A DNA stretch of 64,000 nt, taken from Deltaproteobacteria bacterium (GTDB lineage Bacteria; Desulfobacterota; Binatia; Bin18). The notes below the pieces were generated by a model. The model was not told where the DNA came from and made no database searches. It worked only from the letters and a program-made list of their open reading frames with translations. The DNA is taken from positions 37,992 to 101,991 of the forward strand of contig JACPWD010000019.1 in the NCBI GenBank assembly GCA_016197285.1. Direction: 5' to 3'. Position 1 is the stretch's first letter, and each line of letters begins with the position of its first letter. The translations under genes were made by a program, and so were the position numbers. This document shows, one piece after another, positions 11,156 through 20,876 of this stretch.

Positions 11156-12019
11156 CTATCCGGCGAGAAAATCGGCCAAGCCGCTACGCGCGAGCGCTGC
11201 CGCCGATTCGCCGAAAGCCTGTCGGTAACGTGCGGGGGTGAATCCTGTGGTTACGAGAAATCGTTCGCGCTCTTCCTCCAACCGAAGAGCGAGGCGACTA
11301 CGGAGTTCCTGCGCCAGTGCTGGCTCTGCGGCGAGGGGAGCGAGCAGATCGTGTACGCTGACGCCATGCACGCCGCCCAACAGGCACGACAAGAAATAGG
11401 ACAATTGATCCTCGTTCGGCTTGCGGTGCCAAGTTTCCGCCGTGTTCATGATGGCATATATCCCGGTGTGTTGACGGACGGAGACTACAGCCTCCGAGCC
11501 TGTACCTTCGGCACCGGGAGCCAGAAAAATCAGCGCATAGCCGGCGTGCTCCACGGCAACAGGATGCGGAATGTAATGGGGCGATGTGAACCCGGCCAAG
11601 GTGCAGAGCTGACGGCGGTAACGCACGACATCGTGATCGGCGTCGAGCATCAGTTGCCAGAGAAACTCAGCTAAGCTCAACATCTCTCCGCGCGCCATTT
11701 CCATCAGTTGCTGCAGCGCCTCCGGCGCATAGCCCTCGCGCTTGGCGAGGTGGTAAGCGTCTTCTAGAGGAACCGTCAACGCTAATCCTTCGACTGCTTC
11801 TTGTGTGGCCGTTGCCGGGGCAGCGACCCGTCCTTGGAGCGGGAACCGCAGGACCTCTAGATCCGTGGCGAAGCGGTCGCCATACTTCGAGAGTTTGGCG
11901 AACCCCCGGCGACAGTTGGCCAGCGATACGATGCGTGCCTCCGCCACCTGTAAAGCACCGGAAAAAGCTAGCCCCGTTCCGCTCATCAACGAACCGTGAC
12001 CGATGATCATGACATCCAT
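11156..12019 (-). CDS. Hypothetical protein with gamma-glutamylcyclotransferase-like N-terminus
   Basis: IIGHGSLMS start and AKREGY resemble GGCT/ChaC motifs. Confidence 0.5.
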   Translation of the reverse strand: MDVMIIGHGSLMSGTGLAFSGALQVAEARIVSLANCRRGFAKLSKYGDRFATDLEVLRFPLQGRVAAPATATQEAVEGLALTVPLEDAYHLAKREGYAPEALQQLMEMARGEMLSLAEFLWQLMLDADHDVVRYRRQLCTLAGFTSPHYIPHPVAVEHAGYALIFLAPGAEGTGSEAVVSVRQHTGIYAIMNTAETWHRKPNEDQLSYFLSCLLGGVHGVSVHDLLAPLAAEPALAQELRSRLALRLEEERERFLVTTGFTPARYRQAFGESAAALARSGLADFLAG

Positions 12020-12124
12020 ACGTGGCAGAGCTTAGCGAGGGAAAAGCCGGGGGAAAAGCCCAGCGCTCTCGAGGTTGCAACGTCGCCACGGAGGATCTAG
12101 GCTGCTTCGACAAGAGGCCCACCT

Positions 12125-12739
12125 ATGACACACCCTGCTGTTTCGACGGAGTCCGCTGCTTTCTTCCCCGTGAACCTGAAGGTCACGTGGCTGACTGACG
12201 AACAGTTCGAGCACCTGTGTGCCGAGAACCCGGAGCTGCGGCTCGAACTCACGGCCCAAGGGGAGTTGATCGGTATGCCTTCTACAGGATCGGAAACCGG
12301 ATGGTCCGATAGCGAAATCAACGCTGCCCTCAATACCTGGGCGAAGAAAGACGGAACCGGACTGACTTTTGGCTCTTCTACCGGCTTCACGTTACCTAAC
12401 GGGGCGAAACGTTCTCCTGACGCCTCGTGGGTGAGACGCGAGCGTTGGAGTACGTTGACCAAAGAGCAGCGGCGCAAATTCGCTCCACTCTGTCCAGATT
12501 TTGTGCTTGAATTGTGCTCGCCGACCGACAGTCTTCCCATGTTGCAAGAGAAGATGCAGGAGTATCTCGACAACGGCGCGCGGCTCGGGTGGTTGCTCGA
12601 TCCGCTCGAACGGCGTGTACATGTCTATCAGCCCGGCCAGCTGGTCCTCGTGCTGGATGACCCGGAAACGATCGACGGCGACCCGATCCTGCCTGACTTT
12701 GTCCTTCCTGTGCGCGAATTGTGGGAGCCGCCAGAGTAG
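12125..12739 (+). CDS. Uma2 family (DUF820) endonuclease-like protein
   Basis: LELTAQGELI, TGFTLPNGAKRSPDASWV, PDFVLEL, KMQEYLDNGARLGWL. Confidence 0.93.
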   Translation: MTHPAVSTESAAFFPVNLKVTWLTDEQFEHLCAENPELRLELTAQGELIGMPSTGSETGWSDSEINAALNTWAKKDGTGLTFGSSTGFTLPNGAKRSPDASWVRRERWSTLTKEQRRKFAPLCPDFVLELCSPTDSLPMLQEKMQEYLDNGARLGWLLDPLERRVHVYQPGQLVLVLDDPETIDGDPILPDFVLPVRELWEPPE

Positions 12740-12969
12740 AGAAAAAGACAGAAGGGCAATCGGTTGATAAGCATATCTTGCTTGTGAACCGATTGCTTGC
12801 GCCGCTTTTTGTCCGAGATACTCACGCACGTCGGTCGGCACCACCTGCACTCCCTCTTGTACGAACATCCGCACGCACGGCGTGTTGACTTCGAGCAGAG
12901 GCCTCCATAGGATCGCGCGGGGCAGATGCACTTTGACGCTAAACAAAATCTCAGGGAGGGTAGGCAGTC

Positions 12970-13743
12970 ATGAAATGTCTCCTTGTCTCCGATCTGCACT
13001 ACGCTCTCAAACAATACGATTGGGTGTCGAACGTCTCGAAAGATTTTGACGTCGTCGTGATCGCGGGCGATCATCTCGATATCTCTTCGGCTGTCGAGGT
13101 GCGGGCCCAAATCGCGGTGATTCTGACTTACCTGAAGCGTCTCCATACGAAGACCAAACTCATCGTGTGCTCGGGCAATCACGATCTCGATGCGCGTAAC
13201 GATGCTGGGGAGAAGGTGGCGAAATGGATCGCGAAAGTACGTCAACTCGGAGTGTCAACCGATGGAGACTGTCTTTCCGTTGACGGCGTCTTGATTACCA
13301 TTTGTCCGTGGTGGGACGGTCCGCAGACGCGGGAGACCGTAGGCGCTCAGTTTGCACGCGATGCAGCAAAGCCGAAAGAGCAATGGATTTGGGTCTATCA
13401 TGCGCCGCCGGACGAATCGCCGACGAGCTGGGGTGGGCAGAAGCATTTCGGCGACGCCGAGTTGGTGCGTTGGATCGAGCAGTACCAGCCCGACCTCGTC
13501 CTCAGCGGCCACATCCATCAGTCGCCTTTTCGCCAAGGTGGGTCTTGGGTGGATCGGCTAGGTTCCACCTGGGTCTTCAACCCAGGAAGGCAGATAGGTT
13601 CTAGCCCTACTCATATCGTTTTCGACACCAAAGAGCGGATGGCGCTGTGGTTCTCGCTAGCTGGTGCTGAAGTCGTGCAAATGGACAAGCCGCTTACTCG
13701 TCCGGTTCCTGAACTCACCGAACTGCCAGGCTGGTTCAAATAG
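12970..13743 (+). CDS. Calcineurin-like metallophosphoesterase
   Basis: SDLH, AGD, GNHD, HAPP, GHIH, NPG motifs. Confidence 0.9.
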   Translation: MKCLLVSDLHYALKQYDWVSNVSKDFDVVVIAGDHLDISSAVEVRAQIAVILTYLKRLHTKTKLIVCSGNHDLDARNDAGEKVAKWIAKVRQLGVSTDGDCLSVDGVLITICPWWDGPQTRETVGAQFARDAAKPKEQWIWVYHAPPDESPTSWGGQKHFGDAELVRWIEQYQPDLVLSGHIHQSPFRQGGSWVDRLGSTWVFNPGRQIGSSPTHIVFDTKERMALWFSLAGAEVVQMDKPLTRPVPELTELPGWFK

Positions 13744-14221
13744 TCGTATTGGGGTCACGGTCGGAGCCCGGACTACATTCCTCAACCTGTTGATGGACTA
13801 AGGTCTCGAGCACCTCATCCACCATGCCGAGATGGTCTTCCTGATCTTCGAACTGTTTCTTTAGGTCCGCGAGATACGTAGTGACATTATATAATCTCTG
13901 CGCGAGGAGTTTGGCGAGTTGGTAGGCAATGTCGGTCTGCGATTGGAGAAACTCGGCAGCGCGCTCGACCATGTGCATCCGTGACGACGTTAACGTCCTG
14001 ACATTGGCGGTATGAGGAATATCGAGGAGAACCGACATCTCGCCGAAGATCGCGCCGGGCTCGGATGTGGTAGCGATTTGAAAATCGCCCTTCAACACTT
14101 CGATCTCTCCTTCGATGAGAATATAGAGAATGCCGTGCTGCTCCTTTTCGACCAGGAGCACTTCACCGGGGCCGAAGGTCCGTTCTGGGAGCCCTTGGCA
14201 ATAACTCAAAATCGTGCGCAT
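13736..14221 (-). CDS. Standalone cyclic-nucleotide-binding domain protein
   Basis: LYILIEGEIEV, GAIFGEMSVL..PHTANV, LAQRL. Confidence 0.88.
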   Translation of the reverse strand: MRTILSYCQGLPERTFGPGEVLLVEKEQHGILYILIEGEIEVLKGDFQIATTSEPGAIFGEMSVLLDIPHTANVRTLTSSRMHMVERAAEFLQSQTDIAYQLAKLLAQRLYNVTTYLADLKKQFEDQEDHLGMVDEVLETLVHQQVEECSPGSDRDPNTTI

Positions 14222-14308
14222 CGCCGTACCTCCGCAAGGGGCTACCGTACCACGAATAGTAATGAGAATCGACAGGCGCGTCGTCGATAGGCGAGGGGAT
14301 GAAGCATG

Positions 14309-15346
14309 TTAGGAACCCAGCTCTGGTTTGCCCTTCCGACTCTCCTTTTTCTTTTTCCCCAGCTTCCGCTTCGGTTCCGGCTTTTCCTGGGTATGCTTTG
14401 TCCGGTCGGCGGCAAAGACGTGGAGGATCATGTCTGCGGTCTTCGCCGCAGCGATCGCCTTCCAGTCATGGTCCGGCAACAGGACCAGCTCTGGTGCCAG
14501 TTCGGTAAATTTCTTGAGCCGCCAGGCGTTTTCCCACCAGGCTTGGCGATCCGAGACGAAGCCGGGTTCGCGCACGTAGCGCGCCTGTTCCAAGGTCCAG
14601 GCAAGGTTCCCGCAAATCAGCACCGGCGCGTGGGGCAGCCGGAGCAGGATCGCCATACCGCCGGGAGTGGCACCAGGAACGTCAATCAAGAGGATGCTGC
14701 CATCGCCAAACAGGTCACGGTGCGCGCGAAAGGTACCCAACGCTTCGGTCCCGGCAAAGTCGATCAATTGCCACTTCCGCACGCCATCGTACTCGTCGCT
14801 CAAGGAGAGCGCAGTTTCTTCTTCCTCCGTGGCGGCAGTATGTTCGGCGGAGGAGACAAGCACTCGCGCGGTGGGAAAATTCTCTAGCTCTCCTGTGTGG
14901 CTGAAGCGTAGGTCCGGCAAAATAATGGTCTGCACGTCTTGCTCCGACCATCCCAGGGATTCGAGTTGCGAGAGAATATCTTGCCCTTCAGCCAGCGTGG
15001 GGGAGCCGATAGCGGTGCGAAACTCTCCCAGATAGCTCTGTGCGCCTTGCGCGACGCCGCGACTGAGACCGGTGCCGATCAGAATGAGTCCGTGGCGCGG
15101 ATGTTCGACGGCAAACACGATAACCTCGATATCGAGGGTTTCCAGCAGACTCCCGCCCCGGTAGACGACCCGTTTGGGAACGGTGACTGTTCCGGTCTGA
15201 AACACTCGGAGTTTCAAACCGGCGACACCTTTGTACGGCTGTGGCCAATGGTGTAGTTGCGGAAGAACATAAGCGGGGTGCAACGGTTTCTCCTCGCAGG
15301 CAGAAACCGACACCACCAACATCAGAGCCAAGATCGCCATTCGCAT
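14309..15346 (-). CDS. MBL-fold lipoprotein (AHL-lactonase-like) with degenerate metal site
   Basis: Lipobox VSAC; DLFGDGSI; motifs are PDLRFSH, GATPG and CGN instead of HxHxDH, GHTPG and GD. Confidence 0.75.
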   Translation of the reverse strand: MRMAILALMLVVSVSACEEKPLHPAYVLPQLHHWPQPYKGVAGLKLRVFQTGTVTVPKRVVYRGGSLLETLDIEVIVFAVEHPRHGLILIGTGLSRGVAQGAQSYLGEFRTAIGSPTLAEGQDILSQLESLGWSEQDVQTIILPDLRFSHTGELENFPTARVLVSSAEHTAATEEEETALSLSDEYDGVRKWQLIDFAGTEALGTFRAHRDLFGDGSILLIDVPGATPGGMAILLRLPHAPVLICGNLAWTLEQARYVREPGFVSDRQAWWENAWRLKKFTELAPELVLLPDHDWKAIAAAKTADMILHVFAADRTKHTQEKPEPKRKLGKKKKESRKGKPELGS

Positions 15347-15440
15347 ACATATTGCTCGCGTGCACTGTTTCCCCGGTTTGTAGCGCGCCCATCTCGGAGC
15401 CGCTAGGCCGTGGATGAGAAAGCAGTGGCGGTAAAGAATT

Positions 15441-15467
15441 GTAGGGGCGAGGTAACCTCGCCCCTAC
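15441..15467. repeat. GTAG-type REP
   Basis: GTAGGGGCGAGG-TAA-CCTCGCCCCTAC perfect palindrome. Confidence 0.7.
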
Positions 15468-15616
15468 CTGGGGTAATTCCCCTAACAGTCAAAATTCTGT
15501 CATGCACCCTCGGAATTTTCCGAGTTGACCGCGTCAGGGCTCTCGACTATGGTGTGGACGCTTTCCGGCGTAACGCCGGAGAGCCGACTCGGGGACGCTG
15601 AGAAAGCGGAAGAAAT

Positions 15617-17080
15617 ATGGTCGGAATCCCAGGTACAGAAGAACGGTTGGCCCTGGCGGAAATAGAAGACCGTCTGCGGAGGGTGCGGACGCGGTTCAAC
15701 CTCTATTCCTTGCAGCATCACTTCTATCGCCTTGGCGCGGCCCTCTCCCTCGGCGTGGCCCTGCTGGTGCTCGGTGCCTTTCTCCTCCCGCCCTGGGTTT
15801 TTACCCTTGCCTCGTGGCCGCTTTTAGTCCTCTTAGCCTTTTTGTTGTTGTTCTTCCTCCGCTGTGGCGTGGCCGAGTGGACAAACCTGCCGCTGGCCGC
15901 TCGTCGTATCGATACACGCGCCGGGTTGCACGAGCGCCTGTCTACTCTAGTGGCGCAACTCACTGCTGGCGTGATCGGCAAAGAACCTCCTTCGAAGTTG
16001 TGGTCCTACTTGCTGACCGACAACATGGCGCATCTCGGCGACTGGGAAGTGAAAAAGGTCGCGCCCAGCCGGGTGCCGTGGAGTTTTCTCCCGTTTCTGG
16101 CGGCGTTTCTGGCGGCGTTGTTCGTCGTTTCCGTGCCTTTGCTTTCGTCTAAGTACCGCTCGGACCCGTTTTCGCTGGAGAATTTACAGACGCTGTTGGC
16201 GCAATTGCCGGATCGCTTGGGACAGATGGCTGACGAAAAGATGTCGCTCTTGCCCGATCCGCGCGATCAATGGGGTGGAAGCAGTCTCTTTGGCGACGGC
16301 AAAAATCGCCCCACTCCTCAAGAGGCGCAACCGCCTCCCGAAGCTGGCGAAGCCGCCAACCAAGAAGAATCCCGCTCTTTAGCGTCGCTTCCCGAAGAGC
16401 TACAGAAAACCATCCGCGAGGCGCTCAAAGGGCTGGATGTGAAGGACCCCGAGAAGCGGGAGCCCGGCAATGTTTCGCCGGATAAGAACCAACTTGCTTT
16501 GCGTCCCGCCGACGAGACCTCGCAAAAAAAGCCGGAGTCCGGGGTGGACGGCAAAGATCTGCCCAAAAGCCGCGCGCAACAACAACAGCAGACCGCCGGT
16601 CGTGGCGGTGGTCAAGGAAACGACAGCAAAGGGAATGTCTCCCCTGCTAGCGAGGGTGGGGCCACGCAACCTCCTGCGCAGGGCAGCGGGATGCAGCAGT
16701 TGGATCGGGCAAAGCTAGACCGGAAAAACGCCCCCGGGCGATTCCAGCCGGATGGTGCCCAGGTGCCTGGAGGCGGCGGGAGTGCCGGCGAGGGTGGCCC
16801 TGGTGCCGGCAGTGGCACCGACTCGAATCTGTTCGGCAACCCGGCAGACTTGGGGAGCGGCGCGCGCTCGTTTCAATTAGCCCTCGATGGTACTCATGAG
16901 CGAGTGCTCGGAGACCCAACGACGGAAGAGGCGGCGAAAGACGAAGGCGGCGTGATCGAAAAGTCCACGAAAAACCTGAGCCAGAAGCAGTCGCTCGACA
17001 GCGCGATCCGTAAAGCTCAGGTGCCTCCCGAATATGAAGAGATTGTCAAACGCTTATTTTCCCGTGGAGAATCACAGTGA
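15617..17080 (+). CDS. Membrane protein of MoxR operon (3 TM + Gly/Gln-rich tail)
   Basis: TM helices, ARRIDTRAGLHERLST, C-terminal VPPEYEEIVKRLF typical of MoxR-associated proteins. Confidence 0.75.
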   Translation: MVGIPGTEERLALAEIEDRLRRVRTRFNLYSLQHHFYRLGAALSLGVALLVLGAFLLPPWVFTLASWPLLVLLAFLLLFFLRCGVAEWTNLPLAARRIDTRAGLHERLSTLVAQLTAGVIGKEPPSKLWSYLLTDNMAHLGDWEVKKVAPSRVPWSFLPFLAAFLAALFVVSVPLLSSKYRSDPFSLENLQTLLAQLPDRLGQMADEKMSLLPDPRDQWGGSSLFGDGKNRPTPQEAQPPPEAGEAANQEESRSLASLPEELQKTIREALKGLDVKDPEKREPGNVSPDKNQLALRPADETSQKKPESGVDGKDLPKSRAQQQQQTAGRGGGQGNDSKGNVSPASEGGATQPPAQGSGMQQLDRAKLDRKNAPGRFQPDGAQVPGGGGSAGEGGPGAGSGTDSNLFGNPADLGSGARSFQLALDGTHERVLGDPTTEEAAKDEGGVIEKSTKNLSQKQSLDSAIRKAQVPPEYEEIVKRLFSRGESQ

Positions 17081-18120
17081 GCACAGCTGACCGCGCAGTG
17101 AGCAACTTTCAGGACACGTTCCAGCGCATCAAGACGGAGGTGGCGAAAGCCGTCATCGGTCACGACGAAATGATCGAGAACATCCTTATCGCCTTTTTTG
17201 CCGGCGGACATGTGCTCATCGAAGGCGTGCCCGGTACCGGCAAGACCTTGATTGTCCGCTCGCTCGCCGACGTGTTGAACCTGAGCTTTAACCGGATTCA
17301 GTTCACCGTCGACCTCATGCCCGCCGACATTACCGGCACGCGCATGGTCATGGACCGCGAGGAAGGACGCCGCGAGTTCGTTTTTGTCGAAGGCCCGGTT
17401 TTTGCCCATGTGTTGTTGGGCGACGAAGTCAATCGTTCCACCCCGAAAACCCAAGCCGCGCTGCTGGAAGCCATGGCCGAGCTGCAAGTCACCGTAGCCG
17501 GCACGACCTATCGTTTATTGCCGCCCTTCTTCGTGTTGGCTACTCTGAATCCGATCGAAATGGAAGGCACCTATCCGCTGCCGGAAGCGCAGTTGGATCG
17601 TTTCTTCTTCAAAGTGCGCCTCACCTATCCGACCCATCACGAGATCCAGCGTATTATCGGGACGACCACCACCACCGCCGCTCCGGACCTGGAGCCGGTG
17701 TTCGATCGCAATGAAGCACCGGAAAAAGTCCTTGCCCTGCGGCAACTCGTGCGTGAAGTCATGGTGGCTCCGCATATTGAAGAGTATGTCGCCGCACTGA
17801 TTCACGCGACCATTCCTGCCGGAGCGAAATATGTGAGCGCGACGGATGCCGCGCGAGTGCAACTCGCCAAAGACGACTACGTCAATAAATATGTCGGGTT
17901 TGGCGCTAGCCCGCGCGGTGGGCAGGCGCTTGTACTCGGGGCGAAAGTGGCGGCGCTGCTCGCCGGGCGCGCCAACGTGAGCTACGAGGATGTGGATCGC
18001 GTCACGATTCCGGCGTTGAATCATCGTCTCGTGCTGAATTTTGCCGCCGAGGCGGAAGGGATTGACCCCGCGAGCATCATTGCGCGTATCGTGCAGTCGG
18101 CTCGGAAACTGCGACGATGA
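17077..18120 (+). CDS. moxR: MoxR family AAA+ ATPase
   Basis: GVPGTGKT, RIQFTVDLMPADITG, DEVNR, ALLEAM, EGTYPLPEAQLDRF, GASPR. Confidence 0.95.
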   Translation: MSTADRAVSNFQDTFQRIKTEVAKAVIGHDEMIENILIAFFAGGHVLIEGVPGTGKTLIVRSLADVLNLSFNRIQFTVDLMPADITGTRMVMDREEGRREFVFVEGPVFAHVLLGDEVNRSTPKTQAALLEAMAELQVTVAGTTYRLLPPFFVLATLNPIEMEGTYPLPEAQLDRFFFKVRLTYPTHHEIQRIIGTTTTTAAPDLEPVFDRNEAPEKVLALRQLVREVMVAPHIEEYVAALIHATIPAGAKYVSATDAARVQLAKDDYVNKYVGFGASPRGGQALVLGAKVAALLAGRANVSYEDVDRVTIPALNHRLVLNFAAEAEGIDPASIIARIVQSARKLRR

Positions 18121-19046
18121 GCAAAGCCGATCTCCACGTCAGCATCGCCACGCCGGAGTTCCTCAAGCGGCTCGAACGCCTGCGCGTTTGGGTCCGTTCG
18201 GCGCGCGGTCTGCGCCCTGGAGAAACGTCGATCCCGCGCTCCAATCAAGCCTGGGGGATCGAATTCGAATCGTATAAAGACTATGCCCCGGGCGATGACT
18301 TCCGCTACGTGGACTGGAACGCCGTGGGTCGCCTCGATCAGTTGCTGGTGAAAACCTTCACTGCCGAGCGCGAAATTCCCTACCACATTTTTCTCGATAC
18401 TAGCGCCTCGATGGGCGCCCCGGCTATTGATCGGAAGTTCCAATTCGCTATCGACTTGGTGGCTGCGCTGGCCTACATCGTTTTGCTGAATAGCGACACC
18501 TTGCGAATTATCGCGCTGACCGCGCCGGAGAAAGGGCGGCACCCTTACACTGTGATGCCGCTCGCCCGACACCGGAGCGCGTTCCTCCGCGTCACCTCTT
18601 TTCTCGAAACGCTCGCTCCTTCGGGGAAAACCTATTTGCGAGAAGCCGTGCGTGCGTACGCCGAGCAGTCCAGAGAGCCAGGGGTAGCGATTGTCGTGTC
18701 CGATTTCCTGACAGAACCGTCGCAATATGAAGAAGCGTTGACGCTCTTGCGCGTGCGCGGCTACGAAGTCAAAGCGTTGCATGTCGTCGGTGCCGCCGAG
18801 CTGGAGCCGGACAAGCTCTTCCGTCGTGGCAAGCTGTTCGACGTGGAGAATCGTACCGAGCGCTGGGTCACACTTTCTCAAGCGAATCTGCACCGCTATC
18901 GAGAAGCGCAACAGGTGCATTTCACGGCGCTGAAAGAATTCTGCCATCACTATCGTATCCTCTATAATCGCGCCTCGACGGCCAGTGGTGTGAGCGCGGT
19001 GTTGACTGGAGAGCTGCCGAAGGCGGGAGTGTTGACCCTGCGGTAG
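18117..19046 (+). CDS. DUF58 domain protein
   Basis: EFESYKDYAPGDDFRYVDWN, LDTSASM, VSDF. Confidence 0.92.
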   Translation: MSKADLHVSIATPEFLKRLERLRVWVRSARGLRPGETSIPRSNQAWGIEFESYKDYAPGDDFRYVDWNAVGRLDQLLVKTFTAEREIPYHIFLDTSASMGAPAIDRKFQFAIDLVAALAYIVLLNSDTLRIIALTAPEKGRHPYTVMPLARHRSAFLRVTSFLETLAPSGKTYLREAVRAYAEQSREPGVAIVVSDFLTEPSQYEEALTLLRVRGYEVKALHVVGAAELEPDKLFRRGKLFDVENRTERWVTLSQANLHRYREAQQVHFTALKEFCHHYRILYNRASTASGVSAVLTGELPKAGVLTLR

Positions 19047-19088
19047 ATTGCAGGAATCCCATGAGATGCGCACGGAGGTGAATCACCA

Positions 19089-20000
19089 ATGAACGACGCT
19101 TATGGCCTTCCGCAGCCAATCCCATATCAGGGGAGCAAGCGGCAACTCGCTCCGGCTATCCTACGGTACTTCCCGACGAACATAGCACGGCTGGTAGAAC
19201 CATTTGCGGGCTCCGCAGCGATCTCGATTGCTGCGGCGGCATGCGGGTTGGCGGAGTGTTTCTGGATCAACGACGCGCACGCCCCGCTGATTGACCTCTG
19301 GAGGGAAATCACCTCCCGCCCGAATGAACTCAGCGCAGCGTATGCCCGACTCTGGAAAGAACAAGCTGACCATGAGCGAGAATTCTTCGATCAAGTGCGT
19401 TCGCGGTTCAACAAGACACCGTCACCTGACCTTTTTCTATATCTGTTGGCGAGATGCGTAAAAGCCGCTGTCCGGTACAACTCCAACGGCGAGTTCAACA
19501 ACACGCCTGACAACCGCCGAAAAGGGGCACGGCCATCCGAAATGCAACGACGCATCCTGTCAACGTCTAGACTCTTGAAGTCAGCGACTCGGTTGACCTC
19601 TTGGAACTACAAGAAAGTTCTCAGCGATTGCATGCCAGATGACCTCGTATATATGGACCCGCCTTACCAAGGCGTCTGTGGTCAGCGGGATCAACGGTAT
19701 CTGCCCAGATTCGAGCATGACGAGTTCTGCGATGAGTTGGACAAACTCAATGCTCGTGGCATCCTCTTCGTCGTGTCCTACGACGGTCGCACCGGTTCCA
19801 AGACGTTCGGTGAACCGTTACCGGTGTCGCTGGGTTTGAAACACTTGGAGATCAGGGCCGGTCGTTCCACCCAAGCAACCCTCCTGGGACGATCGGAGGT
19901 GACTTACGAGTCGCTTTACCTTTCCCCGGCTCTCGTTGAGGCATTGCCTCGCCGTGCTCGACGAATCGAGCGGCAGCTTGCGTTCTGGCAGGAGAGCTAA
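19089..20000 (+). CDS. N6-adenine DNA methyltransferase (D12/Dam class)
   Basis: PYQGSKRQLA, EPFAGSAA, YMDPPY. Confidence 0.93.
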   Translation: MNDAYGLPQPIPYQGSKRQLAPAILRYFPTNIARLVEPFAGSAAISIAAAACGLAECFWINDAHAPLIDLWREITSRPNELSAAYARLWKEQADHEREFFDQVRSRFNKTPSPDLFLYLLARCVKAAVRYNSNGEFNNTPDNRRKGARPSEMQRRILSTSRLLKSATRLTSWNYKKVLSDCMPDDLVYMDPPYQGVCGQRDQRYLPRFEHDEFCDELDKLNARGILFVVSYDGRTGSKTFGEPLPVSLGLKHLEIRAGRSTQATLLGRSEVTYESLYLSPALVEALPRRARRIERQLAFWQES

Positions 20001-20003
20001 CTC

Positions 20004-20756
20004 GTGGCGAAGAAGAAGCCCTATGCTGGGCTGCCTGCCGATTTCCTGCAAAAACTCCGTGCGGTCACGGCCAAGCGTCCAAAGACGGCGATCGATCATA
20101 TTTTGGAGTTCGGACACATCACGACAGAGGAACTGCGAGACAAGTACGGCTATGATCATCCGCCTAGGGCCATTCGTGATGTAAAGGAGCATGGAATCCC
20201 ACTGGAGATGTTTCGAGTCGAAGGAAGTCACGGACGCAAGATCGCGGCGTACAAGTTCGGCGATCCTTCGCAATCCAGATCCGGAGGTTTCGGGGGTCGG
20301 AAGGCGTGGCCCAAGGACTTCAAGCAGAAACTGGTAGACACTCACGGCGCACGATGCGGAATTTGTTGTACTGCCTACGCAGCTCGCTATCTTCAGATCG
20401 ACCATCGGGTTCCTTTTGAAGTTGCCGGTGATAAAGATGAGGCAATGGATGTTGCCGACTACATGCTGGTCTGTGGTTCCTGCAACCGGGCTAAATCGTG
20501 GTCTTGTGAGCACTGCAAGAACTGGACAGAGGATCGTATCGTATCCGTCTGTCAGACATGCTATTGGGCGAACCCTATCGACTATGCGCATGTTGCGCTG
20601 CGGCTGATTCGCCGTCTCGATGTGACATGGAGCGATAGCGAAGTGCCTGAGTACGATCAACTGCTAAGGCTCTCGAAGCACGCGAGAAAGAGACTCCCTG
20701 ACTTCGTAAAAGAAGTTCTCCGAGATGCCCTGGGCGAAGGAATGGAACCGAAGTAA
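20004..20756 (+). CDS. HNH restriction endonuclease (SphI-like by recall)
   Basis: CGIC, IDHRVP, CGSCNRAKSWSCEHC, CQTC; directly follows the MTase. Confidence 0.85.
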   Translation: MAKKKPYAGLPADFLQKLRAVTAKRPKTAIDHILEFGHITTEELRDKYGYDHPPRAIRDVKEHGIPLEMFRVEGSHGRKIAAYKFGDPSQSRSGGFGGRKAWPKDFKQKLVDTHGARCGICCTAYAARYLQIDHRVPFEVAGDKDEAMDVADYMLVCGSCNRAKSWSCEHCKNWTEDRIVSVCQTCYWANPIDYAHVALRLIRRLDVTWSDSEVPEYDQLLRLSKHARKRLPDFVKEVLRDALGEGMEPK

Positions 20757-20766
20757 CGATGATGCA

Positions 20767-20865
20767 ATCTAACCAGTGCCTTGCACCGTATTGCTGCCTG
20801 CGTGCGGTTCCTGCCCACCCGAAAGGGTACGTTCTGGCGGCAAACGGTGAAGGCGGGCGATAGCG
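20767..20865 (+). mobile_element. attC site
   Basis: R'' ATCTAAC; GCCTT-g-CACCGT...ACGGTG-AAGGC arms with extrahelical G; R' GATAGCG (hybrid with target). Confidence 0.8.
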
Positions 20866-20876
20866 AGTACGCGCTC

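Larger units (their letters stand above)
19042..20865 (+). mobile_element. Solo integron gene cassette carrying an R-M pair
   Basis: Left junction GGTAGATTGCA is complementary (10/11) to TGCAATCTAAC at 20763-20773; attC hairpin at 20767-20865. Confidence 0.8.

Noticed and set aside
12125..12739. Uma2 gene as a cas or defence nuclease
   Set aside because: Common multicopy family with no defence context here
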